This document shows positions 1 through 10,460 of a stretch of DNA of 64,000 bases, in pieces; position 1 is the first letter of the stretch, and the number at the start of each line of letters is the position of its first letter. The stretch covers positions 143,441-207,440 of the forward strand of contig CAJMNH010000004.1 of NCBI GenBank assembly GCA_905214725.1. Reading direction: 5' to 3'. Made by a program: the position numbers and the translations under genes. The DNA comes from an uncultured bacterium (lineage in GTDB: Bacteria > Bacteroidota > Bacteroidia > Bacteroidales > Rikenellaceae). Under the pieces are notes generated by a model, which saw only the letters and a program-made list of their open reading frames with translations, did no database searches and had not been told where the DNA came from.

Positions 1-2577
1 TTCGACCGTACCGCCGACATCCAAATCGATGCCGTCAGGCAGCGGATATTCGTTCAAAATCCGGTTTACCTCCGGTATGACCGTACCCAACGCTACGCCG
101 GCGCCGAGCGAGCCTTCTACATAGATGACACGCTGACGATTTTCCCGTTCGATCGACGGAGCGGCGAACTCCTCGCGGACCTCGGCCACCTCCTTCAACT
201 TCACCGGCTGACCGTCCGAGCCGTAGAGCACGATATTCTCGATATCCTGAAGGCTCGTACGGAAAGGCTCGCCGTAACGTACCGTGATATCGTACTCATC
301 GCCGTCCTCTCGGTATTTCGAGGCGTCCAGTCCGTTGATACGATTGCGGATCGCCTGCGAAGCCGTTGCGGAGTTCATACCGTAATACGCCAGTTTGTCA
401 CGGTCGAAAACGACGTTGTATTCGGGACGCAGATCGTCGCGCGAAAGCTGCACGTCGCGAAGACCCGGGATTTGCGACATCTGATGTTTCAAATCGTTGG
501 CCACATCATTGGTCACATTCATATCGTATCCGTAAACCTTGACCTTCACCGTCGAGGAACCGCTCATCGAACCTTTGTTACCGCCGGGCGTAACCTCATA
601 CTGGTCGATCTCGGGAATCTGGTCGAGATCCTTACGCAACAGGTCGGAGATCACGTAAATCGACCGGTCGCGCTCACCCGAACGGGGCAAACGCAGGTTG
701 TAGTTGATAATATGCGAACCCGTGGTCTGCATGGCCGAAAAGGCATTATTGGCCGAGCTGGCGCCCGCCGAAGCGGATACGAGCACGATTTCGGGATATT
801 TCGCGTAAATGATGCTGTCGATCTCCCGTGCGATTTTGGCCGTGTATTCCACACTTACGTTTTGCTGCAACTTGATGATAGCCGAAATACGTCCGTTATC
901 CGAAGGCGGGAAGAACTCGAACGGGACTTTCGTCAGCAGAAGCAAGGAGGAACTGAATACCACGAATACGACGCCCAACGTCCAACGACGGTGGTGCAAT
1001 ACGGTGTTCAACATCGAAGCGTAGGTGTCGTCGAGCCACGTCAGCGCCTTGTCGATCGGCTTGTAGACGATGCCGATACCCTTGTAGTCGTGCTCACCGC
1101 CCTCTTTGTGCAGAATGTAGGCCGACAACATCGGGGTCAGCGAAATGGCAGCCGTCGTCGAGACGCTCACCACGATCGACACGATCCAACCCAGCTCACG
1201 GAACATAATGCCCGAAAGACCCGAGACCATCGTCAGCGGCAGGAATACGGCGACCGTTACCAGCGTCGTGGCGATTACCGACAGCCACACCTCGTTGGTC
1301 GCATAGATGGCGGCCTCTTTCGGCTGCGAACCGCGTTCGATATGCGTCGTGATATTCTCCAACACCACGATGGCGTCGTCCACCACCATACCGATGGCGA
1401 TCGACAGGGACGAGAGCGAAATGATGTTCAACGTCGATCCGACCGCGTAAAGATAGATAAACGAACAGATCAGCGAGACGGGAATCGTCAGACAGATAAT
1501 GAACGTCGCGCGCCACCGCCCGAGGAAGATCATCACCACGAGCACCACGAAGATGAAGGCGTACATGATCGTCTCCGACAACGAACTGATCGCGTCGGTG
1601 ATCTCCTGCGAACCTTCGAAGATTAGCTGAATATTTACGTCGTTGGGCAACGACTTCTCGATAGCGGGCAGACGCTTCTGAATCTCGTGCACGATGTTCA
1701 CGGTATTGGCGCCCGACTGCTTCTGAATCATCACGCGCACGCCGCGCTGGCCGTTCACACGCTCGTCCATAGTCGCCTTTTCGAGCGTATCTCGGATTTC
1801 AGCCACGTCGCTCAACAATACCTTACGGCCGTTCTTGTTCGAGATCACGACCTTGCCCAACTGCGAACTGGCATCGGTGAACTCGCCGTCAGCCTTGAGG
1901 TTGAAAGTATTGTTTCCGATATCGATCGTACCGCTCGGGACATTGACGTTCTCGGCCGCGATGATATTGCCGATCTGCTCGACCGACAAGCCGTAAGCTT
2001 CGATCTTCTTGGGATCGACATTGACCTGCACCTCGCGTTCGGGCACACCCATCACCGTCACGGCGCCCACGCCGTCCACGCGGTTCAGGACATTGACCAG
2101 TTTGTCGTCGAGAATCTTGTTCAATGCCGGATAACTCTCATCTGCCGTGATGGCAAGCATCATGACGGGAATCATCGACGACGAGAATTTGAAAATCGTC
2201 GGGTAATCCACATCGTCGGGCAGCAGCGACTGCGTACGGCTCACGGCATCGCGGATGTCGTTGGCGGCCTCGGTCAGATCGGAACCGTACTCGAATTCGA
2301 GGGTAATCATCGAGAAGTTGTCCGACGACTTCGAAGTCATCTTCTTCAGGTTCTCCACCGTGTTGAGGTTATCCTCCAGCACACGGGTGATATTGGTCTC
2401 GATATCGGCCGCATTGGCTCCCTGATAGGTCGAAATGACCGAAATCTGCGGGATATCGATATCGGGATACTGATCGACGGCGAGGTTGCTCAGCGAAAAA
2501 AGGCCGAAGACGATGACGCCGACGAAAATCAGGATGGTCGAAATAGGTTTTCGGACCGCTGTTTCGTATATTTTCAT
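1..2577 (-). CDS. RND (AcrB/HAE1-type) efflux permease, C-terminus cut by window edge
   Basis: Absent from the ORF track because it runs off the left edge. Manual translation from ATG at 2577 gives MKIYETAVRKPISTILIFVGVIVFGLFS... and stays open to position 1, with an AcrB-like TM and large-loop pattern. Last gene of the TetR-TolC-MFP-RND operon. Confidence 0.85.
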   Translation of the reverse strand, partial: MKIYETAVRKPISTILIFVGVIVFGLFSLSNLAVDQYPDIDIPQISVISTYQGANAADIETNITRVLEDNLNTVENLKKMTSKSSDNFSMITLEFEYGSDLTEAANDIRDAVSRTQSLLPDDVDYPTIFKFSSSMIPVMMLAITADESYPALNKILDDKLVNVLNRVDGVGAVTVMGVPEREVQVNVDPKKIEAYGLSVEQIGNIIAAENVNVPSGTIDIGNNTFNLKADGEFTDASSQLGKVVISNKNGRKVLLSDVAEIRDTLEKATMDERVNGQRGVRVMIQKQSGANTVNIVHEIQKRLPAIEKSLPNDVNIQLIFEGSQEITDAISSLSETIMYAFIFVVLVVMIFLGRWRATFIICLTIPVSLICSFIYLYAVGSTLNIISLSSLSIAIGMVVDDAIVVLENITTHIERGSQPKEAAIYATNEVWLSVIATTLVTVAVFLPLTMVSGLSGIMFRELGWIVSIVVSVSTTAAISLTPMLSAYILHKEGGEHDYKGIGIVYKPIDKALTWLDDTYASMLNTVLHHRRWTLGVVFVVFSSSLLLLTKVPFEFFPPSDNGRISAIIKLQQNVSVEYTAKIAREIDSIIYAKYPEIVLVSASAGASSANNAFSAMQTTGSHIINYNLRLPRSGERDRSIYVISDLLRKDLDQIPEIDQYEVTPGGNKGSMSGSSTVKVKVYGYDMNVTNDVANDLKHQMSQIPGLRDVQLSRDDLRPEYNVVFDRDKLAYYGMNSATASQAIRNRINGLDASKYREDGDEYDITVRYGEPFRTSLQDIENIVLYGSDGQPVKLKEVAEVREEFAAPSIERENRQRVIYVEGSLGAGVALGTVIPEVNRILNEYPLPDGIDLDVGGTVE

Positions 2578-2595
2578 GTTCGATTCGTGCTAAAA

Positions 2596-3603
2596 TTACT
2601 CCTTCACCTCAACCTCTACGCCATCATCCAAACGCGAAAGCGCCGTTACGGCGACCTCTTCACCGGCGGAAACGCCCGAAAGAATATCCACATTCTTACC
2701 GACCTGACGGCCTACTTTCACACTGCGGCGCTCGGCCTTGCCGTCCTTTATGACATACAAATAACGCTCGGCCGAACCGACCTGCTTCAAAATAGCGACG
2801 TCGGGAACCATGATTCCCTCCTTATCGCCCATGTTGAAAATCGAACGGGCGAACATGCCGGGACGCAGTTTCTCATTGGCATTGAGAACGGTGATCTCGA
2901 CCGTAAAGGTACGCGTCGAGGGATCGAGCGCCGGATAGATCAGCGACACCTTACCCGCAAACACCTCTTCGGGGAAGATATCGGTACGAATCTCGACGGG
3001 CATACCCAGTTTCACATTGGGATAGTACTGCTCCTGAATGTTGGCGATAATCTTCAACGGATTGATCTGCATAACGTGCAGAATCGGGGTGTTGGCGAAC
3101 AGATTGCCCGCCTCGTAGTTGCGCGCCGTCACAACGCCCGTAATGGGCGAGCGCATCTCGATATTCTTCTTCAAGTTGTCGAGCACCTCCTTCTGAACAT
3201 CGAGCGCAGCCTTCGACTGTTCGAGTTCCTGCGCCGAAATACCGCCGGCTTCATAGACCGGAACCAAGCGGTTATAGTCGTCCAGCGCGGTCTGGTACTG
3301 TACCCGCTGCTGGTTGTATTGCGTCGGATCGAGCGTCACGAGCAGTTGCCCCTCTTTCACGCGCGACCCCACATCCACAAGGATTTTATCGATATGCACG
3401 CCCGAAGCCGCAGGCGTGATGTCATTCTCCTTATAAGGGTCGATCTCGGACGTATACTCCTCGTTCTGCTCGATTACCTGAAGCGTAGCGGGAACCGTCT
3501 TCGTCAATACTTTCACATCGGCGGCCGTCGTTTCAGCCTGTTTCTTGCCTGTGCAGGATGCAACCATAATCGCTGCAACCAACATAACCAAAACTCTTTT
3601 CAT
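2596..3603 (-). CDS. Efflux RND periplasmic adaptor (membrane fusion protein, HlyD/AcrA family)
   Basis: 335 aa with a lipoprotein-type signal (MVASC). Coiled-coil and beta-barrel pattern typical of MFPs. Lies 18 nt upstream of the RND gene. Confidence 0.85.
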   Translation of the reverse strand: MKRVLVMLVAAIMVASCTGKKQAETTAADVKVLTKTVPATLQVIEQNEEYTSEIDPYKENDITPAASGVHIDKILVDVGSRVKEGQLLVTLDPTQYNQQRVQYQTALDDYNRLVPVYEAGGISAQELEQSKAALDVQKEVLDNLKKNIEMRSPITGVVTARNYEAGNLFANTPILHVMQINPLKIIANIQEQYYPNVKLGMPVEIRTDIFPEEVFAGKVSLIYPALDPSTRTFTVEITVLNANEKLRPGMFARSIFNMGDKEGIMVPDVAILKQVGSAERYLYVIKDGKAERRSVKVGRQVGKNVDILSGVSAGEEVAVTALSRLDDGVEVEVKE

Positions 3604-3638
3604 ACTTCTCTATCTATTATTTTCTAATTTCATCCTGT

Positions 3639-4988
3639 TTAGTTTCCGCCCACCTCTTTGCCGACGATCTGATCGTAGTCAGCCTGTGCGGAGAGATAAT
3701 CGTAGATCGCCTGCGAATAGTTCAGATGCGCCTGCGTACGATTGAGTTGCGCCGAATTGAGTTCGAGGATCGTGCCCGCTCCCGCACGGAACCGCGTGTC
3801 GGAGATCTGATAGGCCTTGTCGGCCTGCGCCATCGTTTGAGCCTGCGCCAACATCGTCTCGCGCGCCGTCAGCAGATTGTTGATGGCCGATTCCACGGCG
3901 ACGGTCGTCTGCTTGTGCGCATAGTCGCGTTGCAGGTTGAGCTGCTCGATCTGATTCTTCACCTGACGGGCCTTATAGTTGTTTTTCAGGCCCGAGAAGA
4001 TCGGAATCGAGACCTGAATGCCAGCCACGAGCGGATGTTGCCAATAGAATTCACGCGGGCCTGCAACCATACCTCCATCTTCGCCGAATCTAACCGATCC
4101 CATATCGTTACCGCCATAAGAAAACGTTCCAAAAGCGGAAACACTCGGGATTCGAACTGCATTTGATGTCTTCAACTGATAACGAAGTATCTCAGCCTGA
4201 ATATCCAATGCGCGCAGGTCGCTGTTCTGTGACACGTCGGTCGAAAGCGATTCACCGCCCGCAAGCACGACGTCCTTCATCTCATCGAGGTTACCGACCA
4301 ATTCGACTGAAAGTTCCTCGGGAATCGAGAGATACATCTTGATCTGCAACATGGCCACCTTGATCGAATTTTTCGTCTGCGTGATGGTCGGAAGCAGATT
4401 GCTCAACTCCACCTGCGCCGTAAGATAGTCGTACTCCGAAGCAACGCCCTGTTCGTATTTCACCTTCGTATCGTCTACCGTGCGCTGAATCGTCGCACGC
4501 GATTCTTCGAGCGTTGCGAGCGACTGCTCCGCCAGCAGAATATTATAAAACGCTTTTTTCACCTCGGCCACCAGCATAATGCGCGACGAACGCGCCGCCT
4601 CGACGGCCGACGCTATCTGCGTACGGTTCATTTTCAGCGTACGGTAAACAGTTGGTGCGAAAAGAGGCACAGTCAGACTTGCATCTGCATTTAACGTATT
4701 GTATTGGTCCGCACCCAGATTAAAGCCTTTCGCCATATTCTGCTTAATAAAAGTGTGCTGGTAGGTGCCACCGACCGACAACGACGGCAACAAGTTGCCC
4801 CGCGTCTCCTTCTTCACATAATCATACCGCTCCACGTCGAGGTCGGCCACCTTGATGGTGGGGTTTTCGCTGAGCGCCATCTGAATCGCGTCGTCCAACG
4901 TCAACCGAAGCTGCGCAGAGACGCTCCCCGTGCCAAGCGCACCGAAACACAGTGCTAAAATCAATCGCTTCATACCTTTTCTTATCAT
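3639..4988 (-). CDS. TolC-family outer membrane efflux protein
   Basis: 449 aa with signal peptide MKRLILALCFGALGTGSVSAQ. Two-repeat OEP pattern. An alternative ATG at 4973 is possible. Operon context with the MFP and RND genes. Confidence 0.85.
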   Translation of the reverse strand: MIRKGMKRLILALCFGALGTGSVSAQLRLTLDDAIQMALSENPTIKVADLDVERYDYVKKETRGNLLPSLSVGGTYQHTFIKQNMAKGFNLGADQYNTLNADASLTVPLFAPTVYRTLKMNRTQIASAVEAARSSRIMLVAEVKKAFYNILLAEQSLATLEESRATIQRTVDDTKVKYEQGVASEYDYLTAQVELSNLLPTITQTKNSIKVAMLQIKMYLSIPEELSVELVGNLDEMKDVVLAGGESLSTDVSQNSDLRALDIQAEILRYQLKTSNAVRIPSVSAFGTFSYGGNDMGSVRFGEDGGMVAGPREFYWQHPLVAGIQVSIPIFSGLKNNYKARQVKNQIEQLNLQRDYAHKQTTVAVESAINNLLTARETMLAQAQTMAQADKAYQISDTRFRAGAGTILELNSAQLNRTQAHLNYSQAIYDYLSAQADYDQIVGKEVGGN

Positions 4989-4997
4989 CTGTAAATA

Positions 4998-5618
4998 TTA
5001 CTTCTTCTCTTTCTGCTTTTCAAGGAAATCATCGATAAAGCGCATCCCTTTTTCGGTCGAAATGCCCCGAAGGAAATTTACGACTAAAAACACTAACGCA
5101 TCATTCGTAGACATATTATGCGACAGCAATACATCTTTTCGCACCACCAAGCCTTCCACCGAATAACGCAAAAGCGTAATAGCCAGATCGAAATTGACGA
5201 TCCCCTGAAAATACCCCTCTTCCACACCGCGCGACAGCGCGATCTTAAACTGTTCGAGGCCTTCCCTGCTGCGGCTGCGCTCGGATACGAGCCGTTCATA
5301 AACCTTCGGATAAAACCGCCGGAGGTTGCTTTGCAGCCGATGGCTCACCTCTGCTGAGTTCATCACGTCGCCGAAGACCAGCAGCATCGCTTCGAGTACG
5401 TTCTTCGCCTGCGCCCCCAGTTCGGCATGCCGCTTGTCCTGTTCATGTATGTAGTAGCTGAGGCACTGATAGAGCAACTCTTCCTTGTCGCCGAACATCT
5501 CATAGAGCGTACGTTTCGACACTCCGATATGACGGGCGATATCGTCCATCCGCACCGCTTTGATACCCTGCTCGACGAACATTTCAGCCGCTGATTTGAT
5601 GATGGTTTCACGTTGCAT
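4998..5618 (-). CDS. TetR/AcrR family transcriptional regulator
   Basis: 206 aa. N-terminal HTH MDDIARHIGVSKRTLYEMFGDKEEL. First gene of the efflux operon. Confidence 0.85.
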   Translation of the reverse strand: MQRETIIKSAAEMFVEQGIKAVRMDDIARHIGVSKRTLYEMFGDKEELLYQCLSYYIHEQDKRHAELGAQAKNVLEAMLLVFGDVMNSAEVSHRLQSNLRRFYPKVYERLVSERSRSREGLEQFKIALSRGVEEGYFQGIVNFDLAITLLRYSVEGLVVRKDVLLSHNMSTNDALVFLVVNFLRGISTEKGMRFIDDFLEKQKEKK

Positions 5619-5644
5619 ACTCGTTTTACCGGTTGATCTGGCAG

Positions 5645-5652
5645 CAAAGGTA
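5645..5652 (-). promoter_or_regulatory. Bacteroidota -7 promoter box TACCTTTG for the efflux operon
   Basis: Plus-strand caaaggta equals TAnnTTTG on the minus strand, 27 nt upstream of the TetR ATG. Confidence 0.5.
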
Positions 5653-5851
5653 GAAAAGAAAACTTAAAAAACAAAAAAAGTTTTCAATTTTACACGATTA
5701 TTTTTTCAGATAAGCCCATACGCCCAACCATTCATCTATTTAAAATAATAAATATAAACGATTTAACCTTTCCATCCGGCTAAAATATGCAACCCGCCGA
5801 AATTCAGCCGCCACATCCGAATCGCACGGTCCGAATCTCTCTTTCCAGAAA

Positions 5852-6490
5852 TTACCGCATGCAGCGAAACTCTTCGTCGAAGAGTCCGTCGAATCGCTCC
5901 CGCAACCGTTTTTCATCGGAGAGCATCGCCCGCAGTTCGGCAAGACGGGTCGCATTCTCCGATTCGGGCAGCCACAAATGCAGATAACCCGCCTCGCCGT
6001 ATTTGGTAACCAGATGCCGAGCGAAGCGGGCAAACTGGCCCTCTCGGTCGAGTTGCGGATAGTGCTCCAATCCGTATTGCACCGTCCGTCGCAGCGTCGT
6101 ATCGCAATCGATCACACGGTCGGCCTCGGCTACGATCCTTCCGTAAATCGTACGGGGCGGACGCCCTGCCGAAGCGCGATGATCTTCCACCGCATCGGCG
6201 ATAACGTCCACCTCCTCGGCGGAAAACCAACGGCGCAGATTCGGATCTTCACGCACGATACGCGCCGATACCTCATGGTGTCGTTCGCGACCCGCCACAA
6301 GCCCCGTATCGTGATAAGCCGCCACGGCATAGACCATATCGGGGTTCACCTCGTAATAAGTTGCCAACCGCAGGCTCGCGGCGATTACGGTCAGCGCATG
6401 ATCGCGCCGATGCGCCCGATCGAATGCGTCGTAACGAGGCAGTATCTTGCGCGCAACATATCGAAACAACTCTTCATTCACTTTTTTCAT
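5852..6490 (-). CDS. HD domain-containing phosphohydrolase
   Basis: H...HD motif (AAYHDTG). I prefer the ATG at 6490 (MKKVNEE) over the track start at 6523, because a TACTTTTG box at 6496-6503 lies between them. The start is uncertain. Confidence 0.7.
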   Translation of the reverse strand: MKKVNEELFRYVARKILPRYDAFDRAHRRDHALTVIAASLRLATYYEVNPDMVYAVAAYHDTGLVAGRERHHEVSARIVREDPNLRRWFSAEEVDVIADAVEDHRASAGRPPRTIYGRIVAEADRVIDCDTTLRRTVQYGLEHYPQLDREGQFARFARHLVTKYGEAGYLHLWLPESENATRLAELRAMLSDEKRLRERFDGLFDEEFRCMR

Positions 6491-6563
6491 GACCGCAAAA
6501 GTACAAAAAAAGCGTCGTTCCATTCTAATCTAAGGAACGACGCTTTTCCGATCGGGCTGTTAT

Positions 6564-7097
6564 TTATTCCTCTTTCGGAGTTTCCGCCTGCGACGCCTCT
6601 GCCTCAACGACAGACACCGCCGGCGCCTCCTCCTCTTTGGGATTGGGGCCGTACTGGTTCTCACCGTGCTGCGAATTAAGGCACATCCACACAAGCATCC
6701 AAATAGCAACGGCCATCAATACTACAAATCCTACGCCCGTAAGTATCATACCGCTGCTCTTCCCTCCGATCAGCAACACACTGCCGATCACCATTCCGAT
6801 CGTGCAGACGATCGCCACACCGTAATAGCCGACCAGCCACCAACCGCTGCGACCGATATCGTGTAACCGTCGTACGACGACGGCCAATTGCGGCAAAAAG
6901 ATGAAAAGGCCGTAAAGCGATGTCAAAAATCTCGGTTTTGTCGGCTTAACAGGGGACGCGCCGAAAAGCAGATAATCGAGTATCATCGCCACAATCAGGA
7001 AAATCACATTGAACAACATGAACATCCAATACTCCTTGCGGCGCGCACGCCCCTCGAAGGTCACATACTTTTTAATACAAGTCAACCACCATTTCAT
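6564..7097 (-). CDS. DUF805 domain-containing membrane protein
   Basis: N-terminus MKWWLTCIKKYVTFEGRARRKEYWMF and C-terminal GENQYGPNPK are the DUF805 hallmarks. Several TM helices. Confidence 0.8.
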   Translation of the reverse strand: MKWWLTCIKKYVTFEGRARRKEYWMFMLFNVIFLIVAMILDYLLFGASPVKPTKPRFLTSLYGLFIFLPQLAVVVRRLHDIGRSGWWLVGYYGVAIVCTIGMVIGSVLLIGGKSSGMILTGVGFVVLMAVAIWMLVWMCLNSQHGENQYGPNPKEEEAPAVSVVEAEASQAETPKEE

Positions 7098-7109
7098 AAG
7101 CTATCGATT

Positions 7110-7706
7110 TTAAGTTAAACGATCCATTTCACCCTCCTGCACCGCAACGTCCGCGGCCGGAATCTCAGCTTTCGGATCGACGCCATAACGATTTTCGCCC
7201 TTCTCGGAGTCGATGCACATGGCTGCGATGCCTACCGCCGACAACAATCCCATTGCCAACACCGTCGGCCGGACTACGATCCAAAGCACCGCAACCGTCT
7301 GCATCCCCGACAATCCCTCCAAAGCGCCGCCCTCGGAAAATTGCAGTATCGAAGCGGACAGCCACTGCCAACAAACCAGATAAAGCGCATAGTAGCCCAA
7401 CAACCATTTGCCGCTCAACCCGATGTCGTGCAGCCGTCGCACCCGCACGGCCAATCCGGGCAGAAACGTGGCCAACAGCCAAATGTAAAAGAGCGCGACG
7501 GCTCCGAAAATCGTCAATGCATACGCCGTTGCATTCCCCTCGTTGCCGGTTGTCTTATAGGCAAGTGCTCCGATCAATACAGCGGAACCAAGGATAAGTA
7601 TAAAATAGACGAGCGTGTTGAACAATGCGAACATCCAAAACTCCCGCCGGCGGGCGCGCCCGCGGAAATTGACGTAGTTACGCATACATTTGAGCCACCA
7701 TTTCAT
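7110..7706 (-). CDS. DUF805 domain-containing membrane protein (tandem paralog)
   Basis: MKWWLKCMRNYVNFRGRARRREFWMF ... GENRYGVDPK. Paralog of the downstream gene. Confidence 0.8.
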   Translation of the reverse strand: MKWWLKCMRNYVNFRGRARRREFWMFALFNTLVYFILILGSAVLIGALAYKTTGNEGNATAYALTIFGAVALFYIWLLATFLPGLAVRVRRLHDIGLSGKWLLGYYALYLVCWQWLSASILQFSEGGALEGLSGMQTVAVLWIVVRPTVLAMGLLSAVGIAAMCIDSEKGENRYGVDPKAEIPAADVAVQEGEMDRLT

Positions 7707-7740
7707 CGGATCAAGGCGTCGGCTTTCCCATTAACATTTA

Positions 7741-7748
7741 CAAATATA
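7741..7748 (-). promoter_or_regulatory. -7 promoter box TATATTTG for the DUF805 pair
   Basis: Plus-strand caaatata, 35 nt upstream of the ATG at 7706. Confidence 0.45.
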
Positions 7749-7910
7749 GACAAAATATCGCAGAACAGGACTATTTTCCGCGGAAAATGCAGAGAAGAAA
7801 ATTTCCCTGCAAATCAGGCCATTTACAAGAAATAATGAACAATCGACGATGAAAGCACGCGTACGGATATGCTGTTCCGAACAGGGCCGGCGATCTTTGA
7901 CAATAAAGAA

Positions 7911-7934
7911 ACGACCGACTCGAAAGTCGGCCGT
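7911..7934 (-). terminator. Hairpin terminator after the POT transporter gene
   Basis: acgaccgact-cgaa-agtcggccgt (one mismatch), followed on the minus strand by a T-rich run. Confidence 0.5.
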
Positions 7935-7966
7935 TATTACACACGTTGTATTCAATCGTTAATCGA

Positions 7967-9649
7967 CTACGCATCCGCCGTAGCGCTTTCGAGTTTCTTC
8001 ATAATCGAGAAGATGAACGCGGCAGACAGCAGACAGCAAACGATCAGTACGCTCCATACGGCCCACAACGGCATCGACGAACCCCACAAATAGCCGATCA
8101 ACGCCGTAGCGTAGTTACCGATGGCCGTCGCTGCGAACCAGCAGCCCATCATCGCGCCCTTGTACTTGGGAGGCGCCACCTTCGAGACGAACGAAATACC
8201 CATCGGTGAGAGAAGCAGCTCGGCAAAGGTCAGCACGAGATAGGTCGAGATCAGCCAATTCTGCGAAACGAGCACGTCGCTCGCGCCGACGACTTTCAGC
8301 TGCGCGGGCGACATCAGCCCCACCGATCCGAGCGCCAAAATCAGAAAACCGCACGCGGCCACCAACATACCCATGCCGATCTTACGCGGCGCCGAAGGCT
8401 CCTTGCCTTTACGTCCCAACCAGCCGAACAACGCCATCGACACGGGAGTCAGCGCCACGACGAAGAAAGGATTGAACTGTTGGAACAACTGCGGTTCGAT
8501 CTTCACCACAGCCGCCGTCTGCGTATATTTGTAATACAATCCTCCGAGCACGGCCGCTACGATTGCACCGCAAATCGCCCTGCCCTTTCCCGTCTCCGAC
8601 TGGAACAGTCCGAACAGCGCATAGACGCCGACGGCCATCAACACGAGATTGAAGATATCGAAGCCCATGCGGGTGATGCCCGTCGCATCCGACGTCGTAT
8701 AATCGCGGGCGAAATAGGTCATCGTCGAACCGTTCTGATGGAATGCCATCCAGAAGAAGATCACCACCGCAAAGACAAGCATCAGCGCCGTGATGCGCGA
8801 GCGGGTCTGCTGCGGCGTCAACTCCTTGACGTCATGCTGCACGGCCGCCTGCTGCTTGGCATTGTAGTCGGCGTGCTTGTAGGTCGAACGGAACAGTACA
8901 TAAATCAGATAGGAGACGATCAACGAGAAGCATGCTACGCCGAAACCGTAGTTATAAGCCGTCGAAAGTTTCTCGACGTAAAGCTGCGAGAAAGCCGTAA
9001 GATCGGTTACGTGCTGACCGCCTACGACAGCCAGTTCCTGCAATTTCGAGAGCGCTTCGGCGCTCATTCCTGCGGCGTTGTCGAGATATTGATGCGCCAG
9101 CGCGGGAATCGAACCGTTGTACGTAAGGCCGCTTTGGCCGAGGAAGTAATTGGTCACCTTCGTCGCGGCCGTAGGCGCGAACATTGCGCCGATATTGATA
9201 GCCATGTAGAAGAGCGAAAAGGCCGAGTCGCGTTTGGACTGGAATTCGGGCGCGTCGTAAAGATTACCGACCATCACCTGCAGGTTGCCCTTGAAAAGGC
9301 CCGTGCCGCAGGCGATCAAGAAGAGCGCGCCGAACATCATCGCCTTGGCTCCTACACCCGTACCCGACGGTACGGCCAACAGCAGATAGCCGAAGAACAT
9401 GACGAAGATACCCAGCGTGACGGTCTTGCCGAAGCCCAGCCAACGGTCGGCGATAATACCGCCGAACAGAGGCATAAAATAGACCATTGCGAGGAAGATG
9501 CCGTAGATGTTCGATGTCACGGCCTCCGTGAAACCGAATTTGGCCTGCAAAAAGAGGGTGAAAATCGCCAGCATGGTGTAGTAACCGAATCGTTCGCCGG
9601 TATTGGCCAGCGCCAGCGCATACAAACCTTTGGGTTGTTCTTTGAACAT
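7967..9649 (-). CDS. POT/PTR2 family di-/tripeptide:proton symporter (MFS)
   Basis: 560 aa. GERFGYYTM PTR2 signature near the N-terminus. About 14 TM segments. Confidence 0.9.
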   Translation of the reverse strand: MFKEQPKGLYALALANTGERFGYYTMLAIFTLFLQAKFGFTEAVTSNIYGIFLAMVYFMPLFGGIIADRWLGFGKTVTLGIFVMFFGYLLLAVPSGTGVGAKAMMFGALFLIACGTGLFKGNLQVMVGNLYDAPEFQSKRDSAFSLFYMAINIGAMFAPTAATKVTNYFLGQSGLTYNGSIPALAHQYLDNAAGMSAEALSKLQELAVVGGQHVTDLTAFSQLYVEKLSTAYNYGFGVACFSLIVSYLIYVLFRSTYKHADYNAKQQAAVQHDVKELTPQQTRSRITALMLVFAVVIFFWMAFHQNGSTMTYFARDYTTSDATGITRMGFDIFNLVLMAVGVYALFGLFQSETGKGRAICGAIVAAVLGGLYYKYTQTAAVVKIEPQLFQQFNPFFVVALTPVSMALFGWLGRKGKEPSAPRKIGMGMLVAACGFLILALGSVGLMSPAQLKVVGASDVLVSQNWLISTYLVLTFAELLLSPMGISFVSKVAPPKYKGAMMGCWFAATAIGNYATALIGYLWGSSMPLWAVWSVLIVCCLLSAAFIFSIMKKLESATADA

Positions 9650-9701
9650 AGAGAGAACTTATTTGGGGTTAGTTAGAATTCCTCCGAAAATTCATTGAGG
9701 A

Positions 9702-9709
9702 CAAATATA
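9702..9709 (-). promoter_or_regulatory. -7 promoter box TATATTTG for the POT transporter
   Basis: Plus-strand caaatata, 53 nt upstream of the ATG at 9649. Confidence 0.45.
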
Positions 9710-10049
9710 GCGAAAAAATCGGAAAGATGACCCGCCGATTGCAAAAAAGCCCCGACCGCCGTCCGAATCACAAACGGCCTCATTACGATAACTACTACAT
9801 CGACGGGGATTTTCACCCGCTCGGAACTGCCGCACACAATGGTCACGGCGGGAGGTTCAATTTCAGTTACATCTTATAACTTTAAATATAAAACGAAAGC
9901 AGGAACGCTTTTCGACTTTTTAACGGATAATCCGCACTTTTTAAACATTTTGCAGCCGTTTTATAGCATGAATTAGTAACTGATTCTCAAAAGGATGAAG
10001 TAACTTAATAGATGGCATATGCCACAAAACCCTCAAATTATTATTGTTT

Positions 10050-10403
10050 ATGAGCTATTTTAATGGTTATCAACGCTTACGCGTTAAGGCGATCCAACAA
10101 TTCGACGCCATTTTCTATGAGAAGGGCAATTTGCGCCGCTGTCATTATCGGATTTGGCACGATCTCGCGCAGCACATCTGGGGTATCTCTTACAAAAGTT
10201 ATCTCAACACCCTGCGCAAGGATACGAGCGACATTCCTAACATGCCGTCTCGGGCCGTAGAGGCCGTGCACAAGTTGACCACGCAACTGCTGCGCGACGA
10301 ACCGGAGTGGAAGCGTAAAACGTATATTCACAGGAAAAAACAATCCGAAGGCACTACGGAAAATGAACAGGCGTGCAATCCGCCCGACACACCAAAACAC
10401 TGA
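10050..10403 (+). CDS. Hypothetical protein (orphan, 117 aa)
   Basis: The track start at 10044 is TTG; the first ATG is at 10050 (MSYFNGYQRL...). Balanced amino-acid composition, unlike the antisense artefacts. Own hairpin terminator downstream. Sits in an AT-rich spacer. No family recognised. Confidence 0.45.
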   Translation: MSYFNGYQRLRVKAIQQFDAIFYEKGNLRRCHYRIWHDLAQHIWGISYKSYLNTLRKDTSDIPNMPSRAVEAVHKLTTQLLRDEPEWKRKTYIHRKKQSEGTTENEQACNPPDTPKH

Positions 10404-10427
10404 AAATTAATATCCTGCAAGCCGCGC

Positions 10428-10460
10428 ATAGCTCCGGTATTAAAAGCCGGAGCTATTTTA
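10428..10460 (+). terminator. Rho-independent terminator after the orphan gene
   Basis: atagctccgg ... ccggagctat stem followed by TTTTA. Confidence 0.55.

Noticed and set aside
472-3627. Long plus-strand ORFs (472-1626, 384 aa; 1687-3627, 646 aa) overlapping the efflux genes
   Set aside because: They mirror real minus-strand genes and are extremely Arg/His/Gly/Asp-rich with no motifs. This is the typical stop-free antisense frame of GC-rich DNA.
8480-9676. 398-aa plus-strand ORF antisense to the POT transporter
   Set aside because: Arg/His-rich nonsense composition. The opposite strand encodes a protein with a clear PTR2 signature.
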